DNA of 64,000 nucleotides from the human T2T-CHM13v2.0 reference genome, Homo sapiens: the NCBI RefSeq assembly GCF_009914755.1, contig NC_060948.1; one strand, written 5' to 3'. The notes below the pieces were generated by a model that had not been told where the DNA came from, made no database searches, and was given only the letters and a program-made list of their open reading frames with translations. The stretch's first letter is position 1; the number at the start of each line of letters is the position of its first letter. Positions 14,631-28,965 of the stretch are shown piece by piece. The translations under genes and the position numbers were made by a program.

Positions 14631-16540
14631 CGTTAACTAAAAATTGATGAGTTCTTCAGGAAGAACCATTGAACAAAATGTGCATTCAGCAATAAAACTG
14701 CAAAAGAATATAATCCCACAGTTTTTAGTGATGGTGCTCTCTGTATGTTTCAGTTCATGGGTCATTCTGACTCAGAGTTAGCAAGCTCTTATGAACTCCT
14801 AAATGAATGGGCCATCCTTCCATTTATGTTTTCACAGAGCAAGAATTTACTACTTAACACATATCAAGCAGCATACTGGGAACAAGTTATACAAATGTAG
14901 ACAGATATAGTCACTGTCTCTAAAGACCTCACAATTTAATCAGGGAGAAATAATCACAATAAGGTATAACTTCATAACTGAGGTAAATAAAGACTGCATG
15001 CAGGAACGAGACCTAAATCATTTGCTCAGTGGGAGTCAGGGAAGATATCACCAGGGTGACAGTCCAGCTGTGTCTTGAAAGACAGTATGGTTTTATCAGG
15101 AAGAGAAAAGGATTGACATTCCAGGTGAGGAAATACAGCCATGGCGGTTTGTGTGAGGATGACAATCTTCCTCAAAGCCTTCAGAAACTCACAGTTAAAT
15201 AAACAGGAATCTAGCCAGTCCCGTATCTTGCAGATGAAGTTATTAGTCTAAACACAATCCAAACATCTCAAAAAACTGTGCTTCCAACACTCATTTTTAT
15301 AGCTGGAGCAAGCCCAATTCCTATCAATGCTATATAAAATTGTAAAGGGTGTGCACTTAACATTAAACAAGTAGGTCTCATTGAGAAGCCCCAAGCAAGA
15401 CTTAATGCTAGGGTAAAGCCTTGCTACTTTTAACATCTGGCAGCAGCAGTTCACGATGTAGGCCAAAAATACTGCTGTAAATCCAGTGTGGTCTAAGACA
15501 TACACTTAGAAACAGAATATGATTTCTTAAAAAATAGATTCAATCCCACTTGCTGAAATAGACTCCCTGCCACTCCTCATCCTCACTTTCTCTTGTCCAG
15601 TTACTTCCCAGATGACCAGATCAAATGGCCACATGGATGACCTTTGCAGCCCTGGTGACTCCTTCACCCCAGGGACCTTGAACTTTGTTCATTTCCATGA
15701 CTCCATCCAATGGCAGCACAGTGCATTTGCTTTCCAGTATCCACCTGAAACCTAATCCTGCAATTCTGTACTCTTGGACAATTGTTATAATTCCACCTGC
15801 CAGTCTCTCCAGATCTAGTCCTTGATCCCTGAGACCGCTAATCCACCCTCCCTTTCCCCCTGGGTTAGCTGCCACTTGCCCCTCCTCTGCTTCCCTTCAC
15901 TATGCAAGATAAGCCCAGAATCTTCAGTTAAATAGGCTGCCATTCTCACATCAAATAAGGTAGGCTCTGCAAACCTCCAATCCTTAAACATCTTCATCTT
16001 TCCACCCTCACTGAAAGGTGAAGAAGAGATGGATGCTTAGAATTCCTCCACGGACCTACCAAAAGTAAAAATAAAAATAAAAAATAAACTCCCCTCCAAG
16101 CACATGGTTTGGGCTTACTTAATTTCAGGCTCCCCCAACTACAGCTGGGCCCTCAATACAGGTGATCAGTCCTCTGTGCCTTAAAGAGCTGTTCTTCCGT
16201 TACACACTTGAGCTGCTCTGTACCTCTGAGCTGCTCCTAAAACCCATGATCTAACCCTCTAATCTGCCTGAGAAGATGGAGCTTATTTAGAGTGTGCTTC
16301 TCATTATCCCAACTTGACTGTTTACCTCTGACATTCTTCCTTTTCTACTTGTCCCAGAGGAAGCAAATGTGTTTACGTTTCAAGGCCCATTCTCCTTTTT
16401 CTTTGCAATGTTGACCCCAGTTCCTATTGCTCTTCTGGGGCCTTGTTACCTCAATTGTATCATCTCATTCCTGGATCTTGAGCCAACCTACTAATAGCTG
16501 CAGGAAATAGGTACACAGTAAAATATTTGTAAATACCACC

Positions 16541-16979
16541 TGTTGGGAACAGTCCCCCAAAATCTGGCCATAAACTGGCCCCAAACTGGCCATAAATAAA
16601 ATCTCTGCAGCACTGTGACATGTTCATGATGGCCATAACACCCACACTGGAAGGTTGTGGGTTTACCAGAATGAGGGCAAAAAACACCTGGCCCGCCCTT
16701 GGTGGAAAACTGCTTAATGGCATTCTTAAACCACAAACAATAGCATGAGCAATCTGTGCCTTAAGGACATGCCCCTGCTGCAGATAAATAGCCAAACCCA
16801 TCCCTTTATTTTGGCTCATCCCTTCATTTCCCATAAGGGATACTTTCAATTAATCGAATATCTATAGAAACAATTCTAATGACTGGCTTGCTGTTAGTAA
16901 ATAAGTGGGCAAATCTCTGTTCAGGGCCGTCAGCTCTGAAGGCTGTGAGACCCCTGATTTCCCACTTTACACTTCTATA

Positions 16980-17022
<43 letters not shown>

Positions 17023-17078
17023 TTTAATTCCTCTAGCACTGCTGGGTTAGGGTTTCCCCAGCTGAGCTGGTCTCGGCA
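16541..17078 (+). mobile_element. MER9-type LTR (5' LTR of HERV-K HML-3), containing a (TG)n microsatellite at ~16982-17020
   Basis: Starts 'tgttgggaacagtcccccaaaatctggccataaactggcccc' and ends 'gagctggtctcggca'. Confidence 0.88.
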
Positions 17079-18412
17079 AGGGGCACCCATACGCAAGGGG
17101 TTGAATCCAGGTCAAAGGATCACTGGAGTGATGGTTGGAGAATGTGGAACCAGCTGGAGGACACCCAAGTACTCTTAAAGCAATCCCCTTGGTGAGTAAG
17201 AAGGGGAGTTCAGAAGCATCAGGGTAACAATGGGACAAGTGCGGGCTGTGGTTAGTTCCACCTTGGAACTTTTTCACACTGATGATGGGGAGGAAGGAGA
17301 GTATAACGAAGTAACACAGGAGGTTTCAGAGCAGGTTTATTTGCCAACTAAAGCTAAAGCGGCAAAGGAGGGAGAGGTTCATCCCTACCCTTCTGCACCC
17401 CCTCATTATTATACTGAAGAAAAAGGCCCTCCAGATCTTTCTTTTCCAGAGGACCCTGGGTGAAAACTTTTTGCCCCAGTGAGTGTTCAAGCAGCGCCTT
17501 GAGTGCTCTCAGTTCTATACAGGCAGTAATTCAGCAAGCTAGAAGAGAGGGTGATTTAGAGGCTTGGCAGTACTCTGTTAGAATACAACCCCCAGATCAG
17601 CAGGGAAATATTTGAGGCTTTTCCTTTTAAATTACTCAAGAATTTAAACAAGCTATTCATACTAAAAAAGAATGTAGAAAAAATCAGTGAGTCAGGCTGC
17701 CAGATAGCAGGAAAAAGTAACTGCTGAGTCTGAAATGTGTCCAAAATGTAAAAAAGGAAAACATTGAGCTAGTCAGTGTCACTCTAAGTTTGATAAAGAT
17801 GGGAACCCAATTTCAGGAAATGCCATGAGGTGCCAGCCCATCCCGGCCCCCACTCCAGACTGGGGCATTTCCAGCTCAGGCCATTCCTTCACCTCTGTAC
17901 AATATCTGTCCCCTGCCACAGCCAGTAGTGTGGCAGTAGATTTATGCTGCACAAAAGCTGTGAGCCTTCCGCCTGGGGAACACCCACATAAGGTCCCAAC
18001 AGGAGTCTGTGGACCCTTGCCAGTGGGAACAATAGGATCACTTTTAGGAAGGTCTAGTTTAAGTTTAAAAGAGGTACAAATACATACAGGAGTCATTGAT
18101 TCAGACTACAATGGGGAAATTCAAATTGTTATATCTACTTCTGTTCGCTGGAAAGCAGAGCCAGGAGAGTGTATAGCACAGCTCCTGATTGTGCTGTATT
18201 TGGGAATGGGAAAAAGTGAAATTAAATGAAGAGGAGGATTTGGAAGCACAAATAAACAAGGCAAAGCAGCTTATTGGGTAAATCAAATTACTGATAATTG
18301 TTCTACCTGTGAAATAAGTATTCAGGAAAATAAATTTAAAGGTTTGGTAGTTACAGGAGCAGATATTTCAAACATTTCTCTTCAGCACTGGCCGTCTGCA
18401 TGGCCAATTCAT
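17079..18412 (+). mobile_element. HERV-K(HML-3) internal remnant: deleted gag, dUTPase and start of protease; no 3' LTR
   Basis: gag start MGQVRAVV at 17230; zinc knuckle CPKCKKGKH*ASQC (~17737-17780); dUTPase motifs GRSSL, GVIDSDYNGEI, IAQLL, RGGFGST; protease motif degraded to GLVVTGAD. Confidence 0.88.
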
Positions 18413-18897
18413 TGTACATGAAACTGACTAATGAATGGACTCTTTTTAAAAGAACACAATAAGCATGTATTTTCTATTTCTCCGTTACTTTTTTTAAAAT
18501 TGGAAATTAATGTGGGATTTTATTCATATCCTTCTATTTTTCTTTTCCTTTAGCTAATATTAATTTTTTGTCTCCTAGATGACAGGCAGTCATATATTGT
18601 AGGTATCACAATGAACAAAAGACAGTGAGACAATTTGTAAGCTTTAATGAAGCTTATAGTCTTTATCAGTCAGGGTCTTAGCAAATAACAGATGGCATAC
18701 TGAAAAGTTACTACTACTCCTAGGCCTAAAGGGTCAAGGGGAGGAAATCCTTTCTGGAACCCACAGTGAAAGTTCTATCTGTATGAAAGTTTTGACCACA
18801 GGAGCTATTAACAGATAGACAAATCAGCCCAGACAACTTGCAGCCTATAAGGGAAGGAAACAAAGGAATTAGTACTTCATTCTCTCCTTCCACCCTC

Positions 18898-19146
18898 AGA
18901 TATCTTGCCAGTAGTTTCCTTTGGCCAAATCTAGTTGGAATCCAGAGGGTAAAGAAACCCAAGCAGGCCAGCTTCATGGAAAACACTACAATATGGAACG
19001 AGATAGAGAATCAATCTATAGCAGATATCTAGCCAGTATTTTCCTTTGGCCAAATCTAGTTGGAAGCCAGAGGGTAAAGAAGCCCAAGCAAGCCAGATTT
19101 ATGGAAAATAGTACAACATGGAAACAGATAGAGAATCAATCTGTAG
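18898..19146. repeat. Diverged tandem duplication, 125-bp period, two copies
   Basis: 'agatatct.gccagta.tttcctttggccaaatctagttggaa.ccagagggtaaagaa.cccaagca...gatagagaatcaatct.tagc' at 18898 and 19023. Confidence 0.9.
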
Positions 19147-22100
19147 CAAAAACTAAAGAATAAGCAGCACACAATATATGGAAACTGGCATTTAAGTAGG
19201 TAAGTATTATACAGAGTGATAAGTGCTATGTTAGAGGAAGTTCTGCATAGCATTACAACTTTTAGAAGGGGCATCCCTGATTTGCTACTCTGCAGTACCT
19301 CTTGGACAGGTGTTGTCCACCAATTCTGCTCTAGTCAGATCAATTCATATTCAGTAATTTTAAAAAGCATTTTATTATGCAAATTTTTGAATTCCATATG
19401 AAAGTAAAGAGAACAGTAATTAGTTGCGATGTATCCATCACGTACAGTCAACAACCATCATTACTTTGGAATATTGAGGCTTCTATCGCCCAACTACTCT
19501 TTTTAATTTTGTTTGAGAGGGGTTTATAAAATATTACAGCATTATGTTATTTTACCAGAAAATACTTAAATACACATCTCTGACAATAATATTTTAAATA
19601 GATTTTACATATCACCATGTCACTGGCATACTTAATAACATTAACCTATTATGCTAAGAAAATTAATTAAATTCTTTAACACCATCTAATATCATCTATA
19701 CTCAAAAATCCCTCAGATCATGCAATTGATTGAGAGAGAAACCGGACTGTTTGTCCTATAGACCATCCCACATTCTGAATATCACAGATTGGTTCCTTAT
19801 GACTTCATTTAATATACTCCTCTTTTTCTGGTATTTCCCTTAAAATTGTGTGTAGCCCCAGAGCCTTAATTGTATTTTGTTCCAATTTTAGGCAATAATA
19901 TTTAGTGAGTGGTGGTGTATACTTTCCATTACACTGCCTTGGAGGCATATAATGTCTGATTGTCCTACTTCCAGTAATGGAAACTGTCACTGTGGGTTCA
20001 GATGATGTCAACCTGACCCTTCCATCATCAAATTTCTCACCAACACTTCAACTAAGGTTTTTAGAATTAATTGATTATTGTTGTCAAGGTACATTATGCT
20101 TTTAGGGGATGCAAAATGGAGATTTTCTTCTTCTATCATTCCTTTTGAATCTATCAATTCAACAAAGAATAACTTTCTCTCCATAATTATTAGCTTATCT
20201 TAAAATGCCCTTCATCTGGAAAGTGACGATGAATGCTTTAAAATTTCCCCTTCATCTGTTTTCAGAAAAATGGGTTGATGTCTTAGCAACTTCCAATGAT
20301 ATCTAATAAGTTTTTATCATTCTGAATTTATTTACTTTTATACTTGTGATGTGTTTTTGACGATTGAAGTTATTATTGCTCAAATTATGTCTTTTTCTGT
20401 CCAGTGGGAGTTCACTAAGTTAACATGTATGTTAATATTTTGCTTAACTTGAAATTGAGATGCCTCTTTGAATTATACTCACTCCCAACATCTCTCCCTT
20501 TTAAAATACTATATGTTGCTACAAGACTTTGTTGGAATATCACATGAATACACTTGAATCCTCTAATCACTAGCCACATATTGGATAGTGTTCAATATTC
20601 ATTCTAACTTTTCAAGATATCACCAATTAACTCCAATTCAATTCTATGTCAGACATGTCACTTAACTGAAATTTGAGGTTCTATCACTCTTCATACCTAT
20701 GAATTCTGTTTATACTCATTGTTATGGAATTTGGAGTTCTCCACGATTTGTCCTTAAACTTATTTCTCATTACTACTTTACCCTACCTCATTGCTGCCCT
20801 ATTTGTCTTTTTCAGCTTCTGAAAGGCAGATCCTTATTGAATACTTCCTGCAAGTCTAGGTTCGTGGAAGTTTCTGAGTGAATTTGGGAAAGGGTAAAGG
20901 GAGTTGAAATCAAAACAGTAAGAGATGTATTCAAATTTTTTTGCTAATTCCCCTAACTCCCTTTGCTATGGCTCTAGGCTCACCAAAAGAATACTGTCGG
21001 TTATGGGTCTTTCTAGGTAGATCTTACTTTCAAAAAGAGACTGCTCTCACCAAAGTAATATATTGCCTATTTCTCTTTCAGTTATGTTTTTTTTTCATTA
21101 TAAATAAGTTCCTGGCCTTTTCATTACAGGTAGCTTTCCATGCTGTATCTTTTACATAAAGTCCATAGAAAAAAAGATGCCTCATCTACAGTGCCTACAG
21201 TTATTATCATAGTCCTGTTTTTCACTGCAAACTAATTATTTGTATTTCTGATCAGTCTTGTGAGCCAGCACAATGTGAATCTACCCACTCTCTGAGTGCT
21301 GATAACTTAGATAACTGAGTCAAAAAGGCTGCAGAGATCTGAGGCCTTGGCATCATGATAATGAATATACCCGTGTGAGATAGTCAACAGCCTTTCCCCT
21401 GGTGGCACAAGTCTTTGTGTTAGCCTTATCCTCATCTATCTTATTTGAACTTCTGCAGGCACAACTCACAAGGCATCACAGATTAGATTATGCTTTGATC
21501 CAATTATTTTATTTTATACATGAGAAAACTGAAGCCCTAAGAGGAAAGGACTTTTCTGAGATTACAAAGTCATGAAAAAGCCACGATTTATTCCAAGTCT
21601 CCTGATACTCAGTTGAGCATTCTTTGCCTTGCCTGATGCGTCTAGATGGATGAAAAAGCATTTTCTTATTATCATTTGGATTTCATAAATATTCATGGAT
21701 TATAAAAGTCTAGTGATGCCTGAGACCTTAGAGACCGTATAACCTATTGTATCTCAACAGGGATCAATGGACTAGATATATTAGAACGATCCCTGGAAAT
21801 TTTCATTCTATAGGACTGGGATGAGGATAAAAAACTGTGCTTTTTATACAAATAAAAACTTCCCAGGTGATTCTGCACAGTAAGACTTGGAAAACCCTCC
21901 TATTTTATAATTGCTTACTTTTGCTGATGAATTAACAGGCCTAGGAAAGAGAAGAAATCTTTTCTTTACACATAATTTCTTGCTTAGGGTCTCGATCATA
22001 CCACAGTTGACTTTTGAGCAGTTATTTACAACTCCAGCACTATGTACTAAAAAAGATTGAAGCGGTTCAGTTTGGAAGATCTACATTAGGGAAACAACAC

Positions 22101-25100
22101 CTAGAGTAAATCCTGGAGCAGATTGTGAAGTCAGTCCCAAATGTCATTTGGGCACAAGTGTTTTTTGCTTCTATTGCTGAAATGCACATAACTTATGCCA
22201 TGGGACATATTCAAAGAGGCAGAAAGCTACAATTAGAAGGTGGCAATAACACACATTGCCATCAATGAATTTAGAGAAAAAATAATTGAACTTGTCATTA
22301 AAGTCAAAGCTGGATGCATTTTGGAAGGGTAATCAATTTCTGAAGGGCCCCAGTGCAAACTATTCACATCGTTGGAGGTTGTTCTCAGCTACATGCTACA
22401 ATTAGGCAAGTAGGTTGTACTTTAATACAAATGGGTAGTTCTTGTTCTGTGATATAAACCCATTTTCGAGACTTCTATGCCTATATCAATTGTATATGCC
22501 AATACCTCCTCAGATGTGTATCTGTACATTATTTTTCTTAATGATATTGAACACTTTCATATGTGAGGCAAAACCATAAAGCATTTTATTGTCAGATAAG
22601 GGAGTAAGACAACTTGTATAGGTTTGAATTAAAAGATAAGTTTACTTAGTAGCATTGGTTCAGAGGCAAGAATTATCACATTCAATTTGTGGAAGATAAT
22701 GAGAAAGATTGATGGCATACGAGGTGGGCCTTGGAGAATGGGGTGGGTGGAGACAGATGAGAGAGATGAGGGGAGAGGGAAGGAGGGAGGGAGAGAGAGA
22801 GAGGGAGAGAGAAAAGCAAGAAAGGAGAGAGAAAGAATGAACAAAAGCATTCATTCCAGGCTTCCAGGCTCAGAGAATTGTATGAATAACGCTACAGGTG
22901 AATGAGAGTACAAAATAGATCAGGCTAACCCAGAGACTTATCCTTAGCAGACATTATTTGAAAGGACAGTTCACCCTCTAAGTTTCCTTAAGAAGTTTTC
23001 ACTGGAAAGCTCCTGTCTTCCGCTTTCATAGTTTGGTGGTAAACAGAGAGGTGTAGTTGAACATCACCTGTAGACCAAATAGGGTATTAACAGAAAACTA
23101 GAACTCTGACAATGATGCTATAATTATGCGGAAGGAGGGTCAGTAGTGTTAAGGAAAAGGGAGTAAAGGATTTAGAAACCGAAGGGTAAATTTTCAGCCT
23201 CTTCCTTGCTACAAATTAAGCATATCACCTTGGGTTTTTACTCAATGTCTTTTGCACCTTGCTTTCTTTCTTTATAAAAATAGGATGAAAACGCCTCTTC
23301 TTTCTAGGTCTGTGGATTGCTGTGAGGATCAAATAAGATAAATGCAAATTTTGGTGTTATTATTAGAAGTAATAATGGTAAAATGGAGTATTTCATATCA
23401 TTTAAAGATTTTTTATATATGCTAAGATATTTTTTCATACTTTTTCAAAATATCAATTCTGTAGTGCCATAAATAATTGTATTAAATGAATCGCTGGTAC
23501 AAAGATCACATTCTGGTTCATAAGTCCTGTCTGGATGACTTAGAAATATTTAACTGTTAATATGAATATGGAAATCCAGCAGACTGAATCATTAAGGAGG
23601 AAAAAGGACCCGTTTTATGCATCAGACAGATTTCAGTAGCTTATATTGTCTACCTACAGGAGCTGGACACAATGATTCTTGCATATTTTGGATTCAAATG
23701 CATTTTTATTATTATTTTACCCCTGAAGCTAGGTTTGGAAAGACAACATTTGTTACTTAAGACAACTTAGAAAAAAAAAAAACTATTTCTATGTTATCAC
23801 ATTGAAAGGGTTGTTATGAGACCATCACATTATTTTATTTGCCAAATATGAATATGTTTCCTCAGTAATGTACTTTTGATTGTTATTGTTTTTAGAGAAA
23901 GAAGATACTGTTCTCAATAAAATAAAGAACATGCTCAAATAACGAACTAATAAAGGGATAAAAATAGTCAATTAACATTGAGACGCTTGTTCACTGTCAC
24001 TAGTAATCAAATAAATACAATGCAAATAAATCATTGAGTTATTATTTCAAACTATCGAATTTGCAAACATTTAAAAGAAAAAGAGCTGGCAAATTCATAA
24101 CCTCCTTTAAAAAGGGAATACTTAAATGAATTATAGTAGAGTGATTCAAGTACATTATAAAGAATAGATGGCAGTGAGGAAATAATCATAATAAATACAT
24201 AAAAATCTGATGTATAATTGGTGATCTGCAAGAAAATGTGGGGAAAAGGTAGTAGCATTTACTTCTGAATGGTTGTACAATTTTTAGAGTTTTAAAAACT
24301 CCATTTCTGAATTTTCTGCAATAATTATTACTGTTATTATCAGTAAAAATGAGAAAACAAAAATATGTGTGTGTGCACTCATACATGAATGCACACCTAC
24401 TTCTAGAGTTGTTTGGTTCTTAGTTACAGTAAAACTATAATCTACCACAAAATGACAGCAGCATGCTTTACTGAGCTGCAGTTGTGCATATGGCCTGTTT
24501 ATTCTTTTTTTTTTTTTTTTTTGGTCAACCTGTACTTCTTGTTTGGCTTTCTGTATTATAGATATTTGATATTATAAATATAAATATTATAGATGTTTGC
24601 AAGTTACATGTTTCTAATTGCCCAGCTACAAATATCAGTGGTGGTATATGCACTATCTACTACACTCATTCGGGACATAAATTTATATAACAGAAAGGCT
24701 ACTGTTTTTGTAATTTAAATACACAGGGCTATTTTATTCTATGGGAGCAAGCAGAATTTAATTTAAACTGGCGTTTTTTCTGTAGACCTGGGAGTAGAAT
24801 TTTTTTTTTTTCTTGAGATGGAGTCTTGCTCTTAATTTTACCCAGGGATGCACTATTTTATTATTTTATAGTGAATAATATCTGACAAGCATGCATTATA
24901 TTGCTACCTGCTGAGTCATGAATACATGAATACTACCAAGTAAATAGCTCAAATTTATAAATTTTAAAGCAATTTTTATTTTTGAATTGATCTTGTGTTT
25001 TTGATAGAATATACCTAAAAGGCTTAAAGTGCATGTAACTGAGCAATTTTCTTTTATGTAATGATGCAAAGTATATGAATAGTAAGTAATCTGACTCAGC

Positions 25101-26226
25101 AAAGAGACAAGAGTTCATACCCAAGAGATTCGTGCTTTGAGGTTTGGAAATAGCTCTTGTTATGTATTTTTGATCTTGGGTGGGCTATTAGCTATAAGTC
25201 TTGGTGTCTTCATCCATAAAATGGTATTAATAGCACCTGCCTTTTCTGCTTTTCAGGTGTAGAGACTTGAAAAGTAAATAATAATACGTGGAAGTTCTCT
25301 ACCGCCTTCTGTGCCCAGCTTGACCACATATTCAGGTTTTTGATAATTAGCACAATTAAAGTGAACCAAGGGGGAACAAGTTGCTGATTTAATTTGGGGT
25401 TACATTGCCTTCACCCTGTGTCATAGGCTTACTTAGTCCAAGCATTCCTTAAGTATGCGTGTCTATTTAAGAGATTAGCTGAGGGTGGCTGATATTCAAT
25501 CTCAATTTATCTCAGCTTTGGGAAAACCATCCCTGCGTGTACCCTATCTGTGCTTGTGAGTCCACAGTGGGATTTTGTATAAAGAACAGCATGTTTATAT
25601 TTACAAGATTGAAACTGTAGGTGAAGTTCATAAACATCTGAAATAATTCTTTTTTCCTGAAATATTTCCTGCTCTTCTGGCATTCTTCTTTGTAATATTC
25701 AGTTTCACATATACTTTCCTAGTTACATTGCAAACTCCATGGGGTCAAAGTGTGTGCTAGTTTTGCATACTACTGAGTCTGTTGTGTCCATTACAGTGCT
25801 TGACACATAGCAGATGCTCAATAATTAAAACAGCAATTATACACACACACATATATAAATATATATATATTTATATAAAATATATAAAAACAATGGACTG
25901 ACAGACTCATTAAGTCCCACCACCCACCTCCTATTTCCTAGCATAGTGTCAGGTACTTATTAGGTGAACAACAGATAGTGACTGTATCTTATTTATATTA
26001 TTTAGGATGGGCCTCTAGGAGTTCAGTAACTTATTGTTTTAGAGTAAATCAAAATATTAATCCTTACATGACACTTAAATGCATGAATACAGTATTGTGC
26101 TTAAGTAGGATACTGTCCTCAATAATTTAAAAATACATGCACCCATTTTTTTTCCATGCATTGAAAATGACTAGTCCAGAGATGAATATGAAGGCAGTGA
26201 TAAAAGTCTGGGAGCAATATCGTCTA

Positions 26227-26286
26227 ACTTAGGGCTTGAGGCTCATTTGGATTCCCACTTAGGGCTTGAGGCTCATTTGGATTCCC
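26227..26286. repeat. Perfect 30-bp tandem duplication
   Basis: 'acttagggcttgaggctcatttggattccc' twice. Confidence 0.95.
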
Positions 26287-27149
26287 TAATTATGCTGATC
26301 TAGATCTTCAGGCTTGTAGTTCTCCCTGAGGGTCTTGGTTATTTTTCCTAATAGACTCACCAGTCTCGTTAATCAAACAAGTCCTCAACACTAAATATAA
26401 ATCTCATCATAAAATCAAAGTTGCATTTATCCTAGTAAAAGTCTAAAGCTACTTCTACTAATTAGTAAGTTTGGGGAATAATTTGCCTAGACACCAGCAA
26501 TGTGCTGGGCCTACATTTGGGCTACAGTGTATTTACTTACCATAATTAGTGATTTTTTAAAAAAGGTAATTTTACCACTTGGAGTAAAAGAACATCAAAA
26601 ATAAATGCTATAATTCAGTGAAGTTTGTAAAAAAAAAAGGGTCTATGTCTATATATCCATCCATACATATGTATGGTATTCATGACACCTTCTAAATTAG
26701 TGCAGCAATACATTATATTTTATCTCTGATTTAACTGTTCTTATAAAACAGCAAGATTATAAAAATTCCCACTTAACCAACATTAAAAGCAGCATTAAAA
26801 TCTACAGTACTTAAAGAACATATTATCAATAACTTCCATGATATGTGCTTACAAATTTTTTCCAAATATTAGATGATTGATACTTCATTTTCTAATAGCT
26901 TTCAGACCTGACAATCTGGATGGTAAACTGTAATTCAATATCTCCAAACTTACATTTGGCCAGATTATCATCTTGTGTATGTGTGTGTATGAAGGGGTGT
27001 GTGTATGAAGGGGTGTGTGTGTGTGTGTTTGTAGCAGAGAGAAAGATAGAGAAATAAAAAATAAATAAATAAAACAAACCTGGTAAAAGAAAAATTATGC
27101 TTTGGAAGATACGGCTTATTTCCCTCTTGGTATAGTCTCTTCATAATAT

Positions 27150-27960
27150 TATTTTTTTTAATTTTTTTTTGTGGGGACATAGTAAGTGTGTATATTTATG
27201 GGGTACATGCGATGTTTTGATGCAGGCATACAATCTGGAATAAGCCAATCATGAAGAATGGGGTATCCATTCCTTCAACACCCATCACTTGAACTACAAA
27301 CAATACAATTACACTCTGTAATTATTTTAAAATGTATAATTAAGTTATTATTGATTACAGTCATCTTGGTGTGCTATCAAATTGTAGGTCACAATCATTG
27401 TTTCTATGTTTTTTTAAAACCATTAACTATCCCCATCTCCCTACCAGGCCCCCATTACCCTTCCCAGCTTCTGGTAACCATCCTTCTACTTTTTATGTCC
27501 ATGAGTTCAATTATTTTTATTTCTTGTCCCACAAATAAGTGAGAACGTGCAATGTTTGTCTTTCTGTGCCTGGCTTATTTCACTTAACATAATGATCTCC
27601 GTTCCACCATGCTGTTGGAAATCACTGGATCTCATTCTTTTTGTACGGCTGAATAATACTCCATTGTGTATGTGTACCACATTTTCTTTTGTTTTTATTT
27701 TATTATACTTTAAGTTTTAGGGTACATGTGCACATTGTGCACATTAGTTACATATGTATACATGTGCCATGCTGGTGCGCTGCACCCACTAACTCGTCAT
27801 CTAGCATTAGGTATATCTCCCAATGCTATCCCTCCCCCATTTTCTTTATCGCTTTATCTGCTGATGGACATTTAGGTTGCTTCCAAATCTTTTATTTTTT
27901 CCAAAAATCTGAAATTTGAGCTACCATATGATCCAGCAATCTCACTGCTGGCTATATACC
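27150..27960 (-). mobile_element. Old L1 (L1MA-like) 3' fragment
   Basis: 'tatatttatggggtacatg', 'gtctttctgtgcctggcttatttcacttaacataatg', 'ctgatggacatttaggttgcttccaaatc'. Confidence 0.8.
27690..27837 (-). mobile_element. Short 5'-truncated young L1 (L1PA2-like) nested in the older L1
   Basis: 'ttattatactttaagttttagggtacatgtgcac...gctggtgcgctgcacccactaactcgtcatctagcattagg', flanked by the direct repeat 'cattttcttt' (27680-27689 and 27838-27847). Confidence 0.88.
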
Positions 27961-28697
27961 AATATCAGAGTAAGCCACAAAAGTCATGTCCTCTACATCA
28001 TTAATATAATTTAGAGGTGGACAATAAAAAAGAAAATTAATGGAGAAATAAAAGCAGAAATTTATAAAACATGTATAAACAAATGAGTCCATATTACTCA
28101 ACTTTATATGGGTAAAAATGGAAGTAAAGTCACAATATCAGGCATTGAAATTATTCTGTATTCTGTTACTTGGTGTAAGGTGATTTGCCACAATCCAAGA
28201 GTCTATGAAGTAAGTTTGTATGAGATAGGATGGAAGGAAAGGAGAATTTGAACTATCTCAGGGATATTTTTTAATGATTGAAAGCTATGCTATAAAATCT
28301 CTTAGGAAAAACATGCTATCAATTGCCTGATGGAGTAATGCATATCTCATATCCTTCTCATCTCTATTCCTTCAGATCACAGTAGCTTTGGCAGCAATAT
28401 CGAGATGTTGTCAGTTAAGCTTCTAGATCCCTCCATCTGCCACCATCAACATAGTCACATGACTAGAAATAATAATTTATGTATCTAGAATCAGCCACAA
28501 GTAGACTGCTGAGTACTTACTACATAAAGGCAAAGCTAGCATTTTTGGGTTGGGGGGGCAGGTGTAGAAACACGTTAACAGTTCTGTAAATACACATAAA
28601 GATATGCATTTTCCTTAATCACAAATAAATAAACCAGAAGAATTTTCAGTGATTTAAAAAAATTAAGAAATAGGGAACTTATTTAAAAAGCCTTTGA

Positions 28698-28965
28698 AGC
28701 CACAGTGGCTCTTGCCTGTTATCTCAGTATTTTGGGAAACTGAGACAGGGCCTCACTTGAGGCCAGGAATTCCAGAGGAGGCTGGCAAATAGAGTGAGAT
28801 GCTGTCTCTAGAAAAAATAAATAAAATTTAAAAATTAGCTGCTTGTTTTGCAGTGTGCCTACAGCCCTAGCTACTTGGGAGGCTGAGGTGAAAGAATTGT
28901 TTGAACCAGGGAGTTTGATGTTGCTGTAACTTATGATCTTGTCACTTCACCCCAGCCTGTCCAGA
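28698..28965 (+). mobile_element. Alu (AluJ-like), lacking its 3' end and A-tail
   Basis: Dimeric Alu that stops at 'cccagcctgtccagag' and runs directly into the PWTQ-repeat region. Confidence 0.85.

Noticed and set aside
17825-18229. dUTPase-like ORF as a cellular DUT gene
   Set aside because: It lies between gag and pro of a betaretrovirus-like provirus and has a stop before the last motif.
22629-22905. Low-complexity ORFs
   Set aside because: They derive from a GA-rich simple repeat.
20940-23700. Possible exon-like stretches (after the AG at ~21130; ~22090-22270)
   Set aside because: Translations contain stops and resemble no protein I recognise; a conservation search would be needed.
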